Positions 30,303 through 44,706 of a DNA stretch of 64,000 nt are shown piece by piece. Each line of letters opens with the position of its first letter. Within the stretch, counting starts at the first letter, position 1. Source of the stretch: the human T2T-CHM13v2.0 reference genome, Homo sapiens; NCBI RefSeq assembly GCF_009914755.1, contig NC_060930.1; one strand, given 5' to 3'. The notes under the pieces are model-generated. The model had not been told where the DNA came from and searched no databases. It saw only the letters and a list, made by a program, of their open reading frames with translations. The position numbers and the translations under genes are program-made.

Positions 30303-31330
30303 TTTGAAATGATCAGTACTGCTTACAGTATTGCTATATTGTTCACATGGTACTATACTATGCTAACATTTCTCTTTCTACACCACCTTTTGCTTTTCCT
30401 GGAGTTTCTAATTACTCTTCTTTGTTTCTTGCCCTGTTTTTTCATGGCCACATCAGTCTTATCTTCAAAGTCATATTAGAGGTTCCACCAAGAGCACCTT
30501 TTCCTGTTCTCCATCCCTCCATATTTCAGCTCCAATTATGGTTGTTCCTCTCTGGTCTCTGCTGCACAACTGCCATCTCTAGGACTTTCCTTCACCATCT
30601 CTTGGATTGTATCCAGGAATCATGACTCTTTTATCTTTCTTTTCCCCTTGTGTGGTTTATTCCCTTTTTCCCCCTAGAGCACATCACCAGAAAGGAGATA
30701 AATTTCCAGGACTCCTTTCATGGCTGCAAATCTGTTTATTTCACCCTGACAATGGATGATTTTGGCTCTACACTGTATTATATGGTAAGAATAATTGTTC
30801 CTAATAATATTTAAGAGCGTCTCCATTGTCTTTTAAGCACCTGCTATGGCTGAGGAGTCTGATGTCATCTAATTCTCATTCTGTTTTGGTATCCTGCTTC
30901 TCCAGTTCTTCCCCCAGAAGTGTCTCATATGTTTTGTCCAGAGATTCTGGAATTTCACAAGGATGTCACTTGCTGTGGGCTCTGTCCTCACTCATTGTTC
31001 TGGACACCTGCTGGGACCTTTCAACTTTGAGGTTCATATCCTTTAGCTCCGGAATATTTTTCTATATTATTGCTTTGCTAATTTATTTCTCTATTTCTCT
31101 GAAATTTATATTATTCAGATGTTGGAACCTCCTGGACTAATTATTTATGCATCTTACATTACCTTTTGCATTTTACATGTTTTTATCTTTTTATTTTGAG
31201 AGACTTCCTTGACTTTGTCCTCCAAAACTTCTATTTTTAAAAATTTGGAATACACAGATGGTTATGTTTAATTTCCAAGAGATTTTTATTTTTTTGTTCC
31301 TTTTACGAATATAGTACCTTCACAAATCTC
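30303..31330 (-). mobile_element. Old L1M relic (also flanks the TA array on the left)
   Basis: ctccattgtcttttaagcacctgctatggctgaggagtctgatgtc...gagattctggaatttcacaaggatgtc...cagatgttggaacctcctggac. Confidence 0.6.
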
Positions 31331-31356
31331 TCTGAGCATAAAAATTAGAGGATTTT

Positions 31357-31705
<349 letters not shown>

Positions 31706-32324
31706 CTACAGGATAATATTTCATTTTTTGTTCTAATATTGGAGGCTTCCTTTGGTTGTCTATAAATATTTAGGAATAATACATTTGAAAGCGAATTGGG
31801 AGTTCTGTGTATGTATGTTGAATGTGTTGTGTGGAGGGTTTTTATTTGAGGTGTTTGAGTGCAAAGTTCACTGATTCATTGAAAACACAGAATTCCAGAG
31901 TTTGGTTTCTTTTTCCATTCGTGACTGTTCAGTTTTTTCTTCAGAAGAAATCTTGCCTGGGATGAGTGGGTGAACAGCTCCTGGGCATCCTCTAATTGGA
32001 GGTGGAGTAGGGAAGATGGGGTTCCACATCTTCTGTATTCTAAAGAATCCTCTGAATTGTTATAATAGTATAACTACTCCCCATACAATTTCTGTTCTGG
32101 AAATTTGTTCACATTCCTTGTCCTCTGATAGCCCTTCTACTGTTTGCCCAGTTATTGCTTTCTACATTGTAATTCCTTTCCTAGCATTTAAATAATTATG
32201 TAAGGCTCTAGAAGGAGGGAGATGCAAAATGGAAGCCAGCTTCTACTGTGAAAGAGTCAAATCCTTAGTTACATCTCTGGATTTTATCCTCTATAGAAAA
32301 AAATGTATGAAATAGAGGCTAAAA

Positions 32325-32590
32325 TATAGCCGAATGGTTAAGAGTTCTGATTTTGGTGTTGGGACAGCATAGATTTGAGTCTTGGTTCTACTGCTGTGAA
32401 CTGAGTGACCTTTGGAAGCTGCCAAAACTCACCAAAGTTCAGTTGCTCATTTGTAAATAGGGTATACCTATTATAACTGCCTCATAGGGTTGTGATGGCA
32501 ATGAAATGGAATAATACTTGCAAATAGTTTAGTATTGTGGTTGGCACATAGTAAACACTTATAAGTATTCACTGTTATTAGTTATTATTA
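32325..32590 (+). mobile_element. MIR SINE (near full length)
   Basis: aatggttaagagttctga...cagttgctcatttgtaaatagg...ctcatagggttgtgatgg...ggcacatagtaaacact. Confidence 0.8.
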
Positions 32591-32608
32591 AAGTAGCCAT
32601 ATCCTTAC

Positions 32609-32676
32609 CTTGGCATTGCAAGAAACAAAGAACAAATAAAATGCTGTCTATATACTTAGGTATACCATGAGTAAGT
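32609..32676 (-). other. Candidate exon, 68 nt
   Basis: ttttggatttacag|...CAAG|gtaagg. Confidence 0.5.
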
Positions 32677-33569
32677 CTGTAAATCCAAAATATTTAGTTA
32701 TCTAACCCAAAATCAAAATGAGATTTATAAGTGAAATTTTATGTAACATGATTGAACAGATACATGTTATTTTTTATATCAATATTTGAAAAAAATTTCT
32801 GCCATTCATATTTAAATAATGAGTAATACATATTTTTATGTGTAACCTCATGTTGTATTTTAAGAATACCATTTACCACCTACTGATTTATCTAGCATAA
32901 GACAAATTAGTCTTTTATTTGTTAAATTGGTCCACACATTTTAAATTGATTTATAATATAAATGATGCAAAAATAATTTATCGTATCAAGATTTAAGGAA
33001 AGAAATATGGCCCATTTTTTATTGTTCTGATATCAGCAAATCCAGGGGAAAGCTGCTTGTCAAAATTGAAAAATGTTTCCTGTTGATTATATAAACTCAA
33101 TTACTTTAGCTTTTCCCTATAGACTATATTTTTTTCCATTTGTTACAGCATGTTTTTATAATTATGCCCTGCAGTGGGGAAGAAACATTGCATTAAAAGT
33201 TGAGAAACTTGAGTTCCAGTTCACCTCTGTTGTAGATTATTAGTGCATCCCTTCTAGTCCCTGAAATGTGCAAAGCAGTGAGGCAATGATGTTTCTTTCA
33301 AATTCACTACAACCTTCTTAAGCTGTCGCACAGATAGTTACACCATTCCTACCTGTATAAAGAAAGTGGAGTAATTCAGGTTGTGCAAAACAATGTTTTT
33401 ATGTTCCCAGCATGGAATATTGACTGAATTCACCTTGTGCAACCTGACTGTCAGGTCTGTAAAAGCCACTGTGTTTCTATATGACCTCCTCAAATCAGTG
33501 TGAGGAGGTCACACATTTCACCTCTATGTGACCTCCTCAAATCAAGCTCATATCATAAGCTTGACTTAC

Positions 33570-33666
33570 CTGATATTATTTGTCTTCATTGATGATGCGG
33601 TTGTATGACATTCTCATGCTCAGTTCAGGATCTTCTTCAGGATTAAAATGTTTGTGGTTGTGGTGA
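33570..33666 (-). other. Candidate exon, 97 nt (HHNHKHFNPEEDPELSMRMSYNRIINEDK*YQ)
   Basis: ctttactttgtactgtactcag|...TCAG|gtaagt. Confidence 0.55.
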
Positions 33667-33729
33667 CTGAGTACAGTACAAAGTAAAGTGATGTGGTAAT
33701 TATCCAGTTACTTTAAGACAGGTAGATTT

Positions 33730-34017
33730 TTCTTTTCTTTTTGAGATCGGATCCCACTCCATCATCCAGGCTAAATGCAGTGGCATGATCACAACTCACG
33801 GCAGCGTTGACCTCCTGGGCTCAAGTGACCCTCCACCTCAGCCTTCTGGTACCTGGGAGTAGAAGCACACACCACTATACCCAGCTAATGTATTTCTTGT
33901 AGAGATGGGGTCTCACTATATTGCCCAGGCTGGTCTCTAACTCCTGGACTCAAGCAATCTTCCATCCTTGGACTACCAAAGTGCTGGGATTACAGGCGTG
34001 AGCCACTGCTCCCAGTC
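33730..34017 (-). mobile_element. AluJ
   Basis: Antisense dimer with gacctcctgggctcaagtga; degenerate TSD agaca(gg/ca)tagattt. Confidence 0.9.
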
Positions 34018-34648
34018 GAGACACATAGATTTAAAAAGTAAACATTTGGGGGTCTGTGTGCTTCAATTTTGCTACACAAGTGCCAAAACTTTACTTTCCA
34101 ATGCCTTTTTTATGCATCCCTGCTCTACGTGTGTTCAGTCTAAATGAAGAATGATGAAGCCATGTTCTGTTTTAGAACATGGTGTTTATTTAGTGGGAAT
34201 TTTGGATCTTCAGAAGAATTTGGATAGTTAATGGAATTCTTCTTGAACTTGCAGTCAGTATCTTATTTATGCTGGTCAGAATATAAATGGGGCTCAGAAC
34301 ATTTCTCACTTTTAATTATACTTTGGAGGATTTTTAGTTTCTTCAGTAATTTTTATTAATTGTCACTGTACATTAATGATGATACAGTAAGAGCTTAATG
34401 CTACATGATAAATGGAAACTAGTGTTATTTCCGAAAGCAAACCTGTTATGAATTTTATATTGGCATCTTTTTAGCATCACTAAATAGTCCATCACATTTT
34501 GTGGTCACATATCCAGATTGTTTTCTTCCAGAAACATTTTATAACTGTAAGCCAATATGTACTGGAAGCCTAATGCAAAGATTAAGATGACAAATATTGT
34601 AATTAGATACACAAACAGCAGTAAAGCCCTGACTAATATAGTACTTAC

Positions 34649-34743
34649 AGCCCCATTTGTATTTTTGTTTGTGCATTAATCTTTGAGTTACAGGACATCC
34701 TGTTATATAAATGCAGTATTTTTGATCTATCATTGCTTTATTT
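34649..34743 (-). other. Candidate exon, 95 nt
   Basis: tgttgtttccag|...GGCT|gtaagt. Confidence 0.5.
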
Positions 34744-35070
34744 CTGGAAACAACATGATTGCTCTTTGGAGTTGATTGTGGTGCTTAATGGATATAGATT
34801 TTAAAGTATATATCTAAATAAACATGCTTATGACATTTTGTGGTAAAGGGAATGATCTTTATATTGTCAAATCTATCCATATTTTCCTTCATGGCTAAAT
34901 GAGTTGAATCAGATGTTTTTCCTTGCCCCACACAGTGTTGTTCTTTTACAATTTAAGAAAACATTAAAAATGGGCTTTTCTTCCAAAATGCAAAAGATCT
35001 GATAATGCTCAGCCTTTGTTTCGACATACAGCTTCCATGTGGATGAAGCAGATACCTGCCAGGTACTTAC

Positions 35071-35125
35071 TTCAGTGTGGAGGCTGAGTGTCAGCCTCAC
35101 TACCCAAAAGCTTACTGTGATTCTG
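35071..35125 (-). other. Candidate exon, 55 nt (NAGNAG acceptor; an internal donor gives a 10-nt version in the same phase)
   Basis: ttctgttttgtttttttttccag|CAG...TGAA|gtaagt; internal CACA|gtaagc. Confidence 0.55.
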
Positions 35126-35412
35126 CTGGAAAAAAAAACAAAACAGAATTATTTTATCTAGTCTGATAATTGCTCGTGTATTGTGCCTGTTTGGCCCCAT
35201 ACTTACTTAAATTTATGATTTCTGCTTCATAGTATGAGCTTTGATTGTTAGAATACTTTTCTCACCCCCAAATTACATAAATTATAGTTTTCTATCTGAT
35301 GGTATTTGATGCTTAATGTTTACATTTAAATACTTAATTTATTAAGAATTTACCTTTAACCTATTTATGAGGTGGGAAGTTTTATCTAGCTAATTGTTTC
35401 CAACATTGTTGG

Positions 35413-35792
35413 TGTATTAGGCCATTCTCACATTGCTATGAAGAGCTACCTGAGACTGCATAGTTTATAAAGAAAAGAGGTTTAATTGACTCACGGTTCT
35501 ACAGGCCGTACAGGAGGCATGGCTGGGGAGGCCTCAGGAAACTTACAATCATGGCAGAAGGCAAAGAGGAAGCAAGCACATCTTCACATGGTGACGAGAG
35601 AGACGGAGAGAGAAGAGGGAAATGCTACATGATTTCAAACAACCAGATCCCATGAGAACTCTATCACAAGAACAGCAAGGGGGAAGTTCACCCCTATGAT
35701 TCAGTCACCTCCCACCAGGCGTCTCTTTGAACCCGTGTGGATTACAATTTGACATGAGATTTGGGTGGGGACACAGAGCCAAACCGTTATCA
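35413..35792 (-). mobile_element. MST (MSTA-like) solo LTR
   Basis: tgtattaggccattctcacattgctatgaag...ggggaggcctcaggaaacttacaatcatggcagaaggc...gggacacagagccaaaccgttatca; TSD gttgg/gttgg. Confidence 0.9.
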
Positions 35793-38084
35793 GTTGGTTA
35801 AATAATTCATATTCTCACCATGAATTTAAAATACTGTCTTTACGATATACTGAATGATTCCATACAATTATATATCTAGCCTTTTTAGTAGGCAGCATTG
35901 ATTTTTTTTTCACCCCTGTTAACACTGTAATTATTGTAGGCTTAGACGCTTTACCATATTTATTTTATATAGGGCCAGTTTTTTTCTCTTTCTTGAAACT
36001 TCCTTGCCTATTTTTGTGCAACCGTATTTTAGTTTTACTTGAGGATGACTTTTCAAGCCTCTTTCGTCTTCTCCATCTATATCACTGTTCCCAAATTTTA
36101 TGTTTTTTAAAATGAAAAATTGAAATTTTAATGAGTTGACAGATTAATCTTTGAAGAACTTACATCTTCCAGTTTTGAGTAGTTGTAAAGAAAGCATTGA
36201 CTTGTCCTTCATTTTAAACAGACAACAATACTAGCAAGATGAACACTCAAAGGCATCCAGGTGCAAAGTGCAGTGTGTGCAGGGGAAGGAGAGAGCCCAG
36301 GTTAGTCGGGGCTGCTGGGGAGAGGCTCTGCAAAGAGATTGCACATGGGCAGAGGCTTACAGGTGGGCAGAAACATACACAGGCAGTAGAAGATCCATGT
36401 AGAACTCCTGAACTCTTTTGTTGAGCCATAGTTTTCCAATGCATCACCCTAGTAAATACAAAAATGGACACTACAGTTTGACTACTCTACAAGAGAGACA
36501 GGGAAATACCCTTTGAGAACCTAAGTTGAAAGTTTGTAAGTTCATTGTTGGAAATGGAATGGATAAAATCCTATCAATCAAATATTCATTTTTTAAAGAC
36601 ACATTTTTGTCTAATTGACCTTACAGTAAGACTTTGGGGGATTTTAGTTTACTCATAATATACGTGTAAAGTAGTTACTCATGTTCAACCTCAACAAAGC
36701 AAATGTGATATAAAAATGCTGGACAGCAGATTGAAGATTTACAGTCGTTTTATTTAGAAGCTTTGTCAGCATATTGAAGGCAGTGCAGAGCATACAGCTG
36801 CCCCTGGAGGGTCCTAAGATAGATAAAATCAGCAGACTTGAAAAATAAATTAATTGCATTAGGAATAGACAAAAAGAATTCCCAAAAAACTCTGAAACAG
36901 CAAGAAATCACAGTCTAAAGACCTTGCATCCAACCATAAATGTATTACTTAAACATTTTTCACCTAGTCTGGCTGTGTTTTAATTTTCTAGATCACTAAG
37001 TTTTCTTCAGTAGAGGGTTAAGCTTGCTATAGGTTGTCAATTTAAGTTCTACCTTTTGGGATTAAAAGACTATGTCAGAAGGCAAGTGTCACTCTTTAAT
37101 TGATGTCCTGCAAAGACTAAAGCAATGGAACCTTTTTTTTTAATGGCTTCTCATTTCACTGATATCACCTCAAATGCATAACACAGTTGGTGGAGTACAT
37201 TTTTACTATTTTTTAAATTCATGGATGAGAGAAATACTCAAAGTTCAATCTTTCCATATTTCTATTCAAAGTTTATAGAAATAACGTAAGGCAAAAAGTA
37301 CGTTCCCACATAGAGGCAGCTCGAGTTGAATACAATGAAAGTCAAAGAGATAGAAAACCTCATAGACCACTAATAAAAAATAGAACGGATGGAATTTGGG
37401 GGCAGCAATTTGGAAAGAGAGGCAAATTTACCTGTTCTGTTTTGGTTGTTTAACATTGTAAAAAATCTTTAAAGGAATACACACATGGGAAATGATGAAG
37501 GGGAAAAAATTGCAATATATACTCTATTGCCATTTCTGACTGAGGGCCAAAAGGCTTTATAGTCACACACCAAGTTTGGTAGGAGACAAAAGCTTGCATT
37601 AAGAAAAAAATAAAATAAAAAATTTATACAATTGATCTTATTCTGTTCCTTGACTCTTTAGTCTCGTGGTGGTGGATTACACATTGATTTTTACCATCAT
37701 TACAATCCCTGTAAATCTTAGACTGGAGGTAGTTAATTCAGAGTTAATCTCTCTGTCAAGACTCTTGTAACATAGGGTCTCCTCTACTACTCCTCCACAC
37801 CAAGATGGTGTCAAGGTGCAGAAAGAAGCTTGGGTACCCTTTCAGCATTGGTGCAGCTTGGTGGGGAGACATCTGATGTTCCTCTGTTCCTGGTGCTGGC
37901 ATTTGAGTCCCTGCTGGCCTCTATGGAAATGTCACTCAGCCTGCCTGAACACAGGGCATCCTGAGTCATGGCTGTTTAAGACTGGCTTTTTGGAATGCCT
38001 TGTGAGACGCCTAACTGCTGAAGCCCATCTTTAGATACCGTGTAGCCTGCTGGTCCTTTTGTCAGGCCACTAGGGGTCCACTTA

Positions 38085-38615
38085 AAAAAATGTATTGTGG
38101 TAAATATATGTAACATAAAATTTAAGATTTTTTGTATACAATTTTTTTGTGTGTGTACAATTCAATGTCATTAAATACAGTCAAATGTTATGTAACTATC
38201 ACCACTGTTCATTTCCAGAATTTTATCACCATCCTAAACAGAAACTCTGTAAATATTAAGCAATAACTCTTCATTTTCCCTTCCTCTCAGCTCTTGGTAG
38301 TCTCTACTCTACTTCTCCAGATACCTTCTATAAATGGAATCATATCAAATCTTTCCTTTTGTGTCTGTTCATTTTACTTAGCATAATGTCTTCAAAACTC
38401 ATCTGTATAGCATGTATCAATTTCATTCCTTTTTATTATGGAATATTATTATATTGTATGTATTTTATTTGTTCATCTGCCAGTGGAGCCAGGTTACTTT
38501 CATATTTTTGGCTCTTGTGAATATTGCTGCTGTGAATATAGGTGCACAATTATCTGCTTGAGTCCCTGCTTTCAATTCTTTTGGGCATATACATAGAACT
38601 GGAATTGCTGGATAG
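38085..38615 (-). mobile_element. L1MB-type 3' relic
   Basis: tattgtggtaaatatatgtaacataaaattt...gagtccctgctttcaattcttttgggcatatacatagaactggaattgctggat. Confidence 0.85.
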
Positions 38616-39207
38616 GGGCTCACTTTATATCTATCAACTTTTTACACCCTTTAGAGACCTAAGAACTTGTGACTGCTTACTCCATACGTGACTGAAGTGG
38701 GCAGGATGCTTTGAGGCTGCCCTCAAATATGCTGGTACGGACATTTTCCTCAGTCTTCTCTCATGTGTCCTGGTGCTGGTTGAATATGGGTACTTAAATA
38801 TTGCCAAGCTGTTCTGTGGACAAATGAAAAACTTCCCCTGTTCTGTTATTCCCCCTAACCTCTCTGGTTTGAGGTTTCTGTCCTGAGAGGGATGAGCTGA
38901 GACACCTCTGACCGCTTGACCCTCACATCCTCTCTCCTTTGTCTAGTACACAGGACTTTCTATGTCTCCTTCTTGTCAAAAATTTTTCCTGCATCATATT
39001 CTCTTACTTTCTATGTTAAGGCATGTAGAAAAGCATGTCCATATCTCCAAACTTTGCTTTTACTGTTCAAGGGGACTAGGAATTTAGAAAGCCTCTTATT
39101 TTCAACAAAGTCAGGCTTTCAAAACTGTTACCTCACTGAACATTAAAAAAATTTAGCTTGAGCCTCAAAGCTGAGCTCCAACTTCTTTCTTTCTGAATGG
39201 TACCTAC

Positions 39208-39250
39208 CAGCTCCTGAAGTAATAGTTTCATCAATTCAGTAAGTGGGGAA
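39208..39250 (-). other. Candidate exon, 43 nt (SPLTELMKLLLQEL)
   Basis: atattttttcttccctgcag|...GCTG|gtaggt. Confidence 0.55.
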
Positions 39251-40422
39251 CTGCAGGGAAGAAAAAATATATCAAAGTAATATGTCAAAACTACTATCCC
39301 CATTGCATTAGCAATATCACTTATTTGGCCAATTTCTGGTCAGCTTCTCTTTTTTTGCTTTCATCCCATATCCCACTACTGCAGCTCTGATTTTGGTAAA
39401 ACCACACTGCTGTGGAGGATTAGTGGGATCACATTTGGCTTGATGGGTTCTGGAGAGAGATTTTCAGTGTCCTTCTATTAGTATATGCATATGTAGGGTC
39501 TCTTTTCAGATATGATGAGTATTGTCATGTCAGAACACATCATGGCTAAAGCTTTGATCCCTGTCTTAAAATAGTACGATAAAGGTAAAGAATGATAAAT
39601 TGGCTGCATAGTAAAAAAGAACTGCAAAAGTTCAGACTACTATTCTGTGTGATTATTGATTTCTGATGGCTTTGCTGTGACCTTAATTGAGCTATTAGAG
39701 GCTAAGCCAGGTTTGGAATAAAATGAAAGTGCTTGTAGCTTATGCAGGGGCTCTTCTCGTTTGATTGAAATAGTGATTGGGAAGATAGTGGGAGTCCTTA
39801 CTGTGCTTGGACTCCTAGTGGCTACAGAGCTAAAATGCATCATCTCCTTGCAGGGAAACAAGGAGTTATCCTGTGCAGCATTTCCAATGTCTTCAGCTCA
39901 GAGAGTAAGGCAGAAAAAGCTGTTAACAGTCGGTGTAAAGAGAAAAAGCTAATGAAGAAATCAGCAGCCTACTTTTTTCCACTGGTGTTGACCTGAAAAT
40001 ACTAACTGCCAGCCCCTCTCACCCCTTTATTGTGTAATATATTGTGTATATTGGTCCCTTTACTTTCAAGGGAGAACCCTTGTCTAAACCTCAGAAGTGG
40101 GTTAGCCAGGGTCCTCTGCTCCATCTCTTCATTATGGCTAATTTCAGAAGCTCAGAGCGTCACATTAAATCTTCCCTTTAATCCTCTCTTCTCTTTTTCT
40201 CTTTTACCCCTGTTTGATCCAGGGTTGTTCGTTGAGGTTTTCAATGATAGAACAATTCCTCATGCAAATAGTATTTTATATTTGGGACAAACCTTATAGA
40301 GATGTTAAATGACAGTTTCACACATACAAAAATGCTCACAGAAAAAAGACCAGAATGATGAAATTAAATAGCTGTGAATCCTTACACCTTTTCACTCTGT
40401 TTCCTTTAAAACAACCTGATCA

Positions 40423-40789
<367 letters not shown>

Positions 40790-40967
40790 TCAGAGTGATG
40801 TGCTCAGTACATGTCACTGTGCAAGTAAAAATGCTGATCAGTACCAAGCCTTCTAAATTTCATGAATTCCCAGCCCAAGTTTACATTTTTAAAGGTTCTT
40901 TGCTGTGAGTCTGCAGAATGGCTGTGAACATAGATTCACTGAGGGTGACTTGGCCCATGATTTACTC

Positions 40968-41325
40968 CAGTAGTTCTCACACCTGAATGGTCATCAGAAT
41001 CACCTGGGGAGCCATAAAAACTTTTAAAGACCCAAGGAATGAAAATTTCCGTTAATCTGTATCAATAACCTATGTTTTTAAAGATTCTGATGATCAGCTT
41101 AATCCATTTTCTTTCTTTAAAGAAGATATTTGTCTAAAACAGATAATTTCTAAACCACAAGACTGCATATGAAATGCTTACATAGCTTTTAAAAATACAG
41201 ATTGGAGCCTCAACCTTTGAACATTACAGATGGCTCATTGAGATTAGGGTCTAGGCAATTACGATTCTTTAAAAAACCAAGTAGGTGATTCTAGTTTATA
41301 ACTCAGTCCCAGGTGAAACACTGAT
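40968..41325. mobile_element. Two MER5-type fragments
   Basis: cagtagttctcacacctgaatggtcatcagaatcacctggggagcc; aaaaatacagatt...aggtgattctagt...gaaacactg. Confidence 0.55.
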
Positions 41326-41597
41326 CTAAATGATTGTTTACAGATAAGAACAAAGTTTAGTTTTAAAGATGCCCCAAAAAGATGTCTTGACTTAAAATAT
41401 GTGTATATACTTATTATAAGATACTGATAACTAGTGACAGAATGACTGGAATTTGAAGAGCTCAGAGAATAATTTTAGAAAGTTATGGAACAAACAGGCC
41501 TGGAGTTTATCACTGATAGGAGAGGAGAACTTACGAAATGAAAGAAACATTGAATATTGAATGAACAGTAATGTCTGTCTTTTCCTTAAAGCTTTGT

Positions 41598-42120
41598 GAT
41601 CAGGCTTCTTTTAGTTACAAGTAACATAAACTCAACTCTAACAAACAAAGAAGGGATTTTTTTTTTTTTCATAAAGGAGAAGACCACCAAAAGTTGAGCC
41701 TTCTGGGATAGCTGGATCCAGAAACCCAAGAAAAATGGCAGAGCTTTCTCTCCTTGTCTTTCAGCTGTTTTTCTCTTTGTGTTGGCTTTATTCTCAACCA
41801 AGTTTTCTCCAAATGGCAAGAAAAAAAGATGGCTACTGACAGTCCCAAGCCTATTCCCTTAAGCAAATCAAAAGAAATGGGTCCCTATCTTTTGCATAGT
41901 CCAAATCTCAGGGAAAGCTTTGATTGGCCTTGCCTGAATCACCTGCTCATCCCTGAAGTTGTCACAATGGCCTGGAGAAGGAAGACTCTGAATAGTCAGC
42001 CTGGATGACACTCACCCCCGCCCCCAGCATACCCACCAGGACCACTGAGGGGAGAGAAGAGTGGCTCCTCAAAGGGGGAATGGGGAAAAAACTGCTAGGC
42101 AGAGAAAAACAACAGCTGTT
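41598..42120. mobile_element. Old MLT1-type LTR relic
   Basis: gatcaggcttcttttagttacaagtaacataaactcaactc...tttgattggccttgcctgaatcacctgctcatccctgaa. Confidence 0.55.
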
Positions 42121-43039
42121 ATCTAAAAAACAAATTGAATGATTTTGCTTTGTCTGCCCAAAATTCTAGTGTTGATTAAACTTTGTAATCTGTGGGGAGT
42201 CACACACTAGGCACTTCTGGATCAAGGAGAATAAGTTTCTTATCTGGCTGTGTGTTTCTAATGGCCCATTGGGAAGGATATGTGACTGAAATGGAAACTA
42301 AATTTTACTTCATTTAATATTACCAAACTGAATTGATGAAGTAAACAAATGTTTGGACAGATACTAAAAAAGGCATTTTATAAACTTTTCCAAGATAAGT
42401 GGGCTGACCTAAGTGGTAAAGTAATAAGGATTATGCTATCCCAATATATTTGTATGCAAATATGTTCCTGTACTGAGAATACGTCCTTGAATTCAAGCCA
42501 CCCACAGCTTCCCAAAACCTGTTTAGTGGTGCTTATAAGAAAAGAAATGAGGAAATGTTAAGGTACAAAATTTGTCATTCAAAATTCATTAAAATCATCT
42601 CTAAAGTACTTCCCTCACAGATATTAAAAGCAAATAATTAAAGGAATCCTTTTTTACTAAATCCAGTGATGCTCTCATGTCACTATTATGAAGTCAAGGT
42701 CAAAAAATAATTTAGTACTTTGTTCTCTGTTGGATGAGGTGCCCTTCAAGAATGTTTTGTGGTGGATCGTGATTGGTATTTGGCAATACATGTTATAACT
42801 AAAGTTTGGCTTCCAGATACAGATGAACAATAATTTGCCCTTTAGCTATCAGTAATTAGTATCATTTAAAGGAGTTCATTGTTGCCACTTCAAATTATGA
42901 AAGACTTTTCTCAGCTTCACAAATGCAAACTGTCTGTGCTATTGTCATGATTTCACCATTTATTCTGAGGTTATTGAATGACATTCTAAGCCTTGGCCAC
43001 TCTGCTGTCTCTTTATACACGGACACTTAGCAGTAACAC

Positions 43040-43260
43040 TTTAGAATTAGTTGTGTGACAGATTGTAAGCCCTTTACATGTGTATTTTGTTTAATTCTCA
43101 TAACAGCCAGATGAGATAGAAGTTTTAATTTCCCGATTTTGCATAAGAAGAAGCTGAGTTTTAGTTTAAGTGACTTGCCCAGGGTCACATGGCTAATAAG
43201 TCCTTGCTCTGGGATTTTAGCCCAGTCTGGCTCCAAAGCCCAGATCCTTGATCCTTAGGT
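43040..43260 (-). mobile_element. MIR SINE
   Basis: tttaattctcataacagcc...aagtgacttgcccagggtcacatggctaataagt...cagtctggctccaaagccc. Confidence 0.8.
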
Positions 43261-44540
43261 ACTTTCCTTTCTTCTTCTCTTCCTAACTTTATAAAGTCCC
43301 ATGACTTTATTAAGTTTTTTTTAAGTTTAAACTTGTTAAATTTAAGTGAAGGAGATAAAACGATACAAATTATAATTATGTGTATTGCCCAATCCGATTG
43401 TCTTTCATATCAAATTGGAATGGATATTTTAAAAGAATAGATGTTGATTCTTATTTTGCCTGTAATTTTCCACATGCACACTCAGACATTTCTAGATGTT
43501 TCTAAACGATACAAGGCTGTTCTCTGAACTTTTCTCATCTCCACTTATATGCTAATGTGTTCAAAGAGATACAGAATAATTTCAACACATTATTTGCCTA
43601 CAAATGCTTTACCTTCTAGTGGGGGAGATGAGGCAGGAACAAAAATACCTACTAGAAGGTACAGTATGTGGTGTGCTTCAAAGCGATACTAAAGTACTAA
43701 TATTCATCCAAACTAGGGGGTTTCAAAGGTAGGTGATCCTAATTCTGGCTCAAGCAATGAGGGTATGCTGAATGTAGAAGTCATTGAAAGGACTGGCAGG
43801 TTATCAGGAGAGATTTAGGGCAGGGGTCGGAGGTGGACAGGGTGCTGGGGAAATGGGGACCCTTGCTCCTTTCCCCAGCTGTCAGTACTTGCTCTGAGAT
43901 GATTCCCTGGGACCAGGAAACTCAGCAACCTGTCTGGTGGGGGCTTTCAAGGTCTTATCACTTCTGTCCCTGGTTCTGTGGGTAGCCTTGACAGACTTAT
44001 GCCTTTCCCTGCCCTCAGCCAATATCACATTAACTGAAAGGCACTGATTAAGCATCCTTATTCTTTGATTTGTTTAACCATCCCCTCTTCCGGTTGTAGG
44101 TAGCCTGGGTGGTGGGGGTCTGTGTCTGGAGCAGAGACTGGGCCAAGCAGTTAGAACGGGATAGTATGTTCCTACTGCCATCACATTGTGTCACCCCACC
44201 AACTCTCTTCTATGCAGGAGCTGCCAAGACTCTCCTAGAATTTGGGTCCACGTCAAAAGGGTCCTAAGGAATTGGTTCCCCCTTGGAGGAGGCTTCCTCT
44301 TGTCTAGGAGTCTCCTCAACAAGGCTGTTGCTAGTGTGGTCCACTTTCAGGGCTAACAGCTGGTTCTGATATAGTTAGGGCCTGTCAGCTCTAGCTTGGA
44401 CCAAATCCCCTTGGATTTTCCTGGTGCAAACTAAAATAACATCCTTCTCACAAATTCATTAGTAATGTCCTTTGCGCAAAGCCTATGTCAACTAGTTACA
44501 GATTTTGCTAATTGTGTAATCATCCAGCCTATAGTTTTCT

Positions 44541-44706
44541 CTTTTTTTTTCTTTCTTTCCTTTTTTTTTTTTTTTTTTTTTTTTTTTGAGGTAGAGCCTC
44601 ACTCTGTCTCCCAGGCTGGAGTTCAGTGGTGTGATCTTGGCTCACTGCAACCTTCACCTCTAGCCTCAGCCTCCTGAATAGCTGGGGTTATAGACATGTA
44701 CCACCA
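44541..44706 (-). mobile_element. 5'-truncated Alu (right arm only, small internal deletion, long T tract)
   Basis: TSD ccagccta(t/c)agttttct at 44524-44540 / 44707-44723. Confidence 0.88.

Noticed and set aside
29766-30312. Tyr/Ile-rich ORFs
   Set aside because: Translations of the TA-rich repeat
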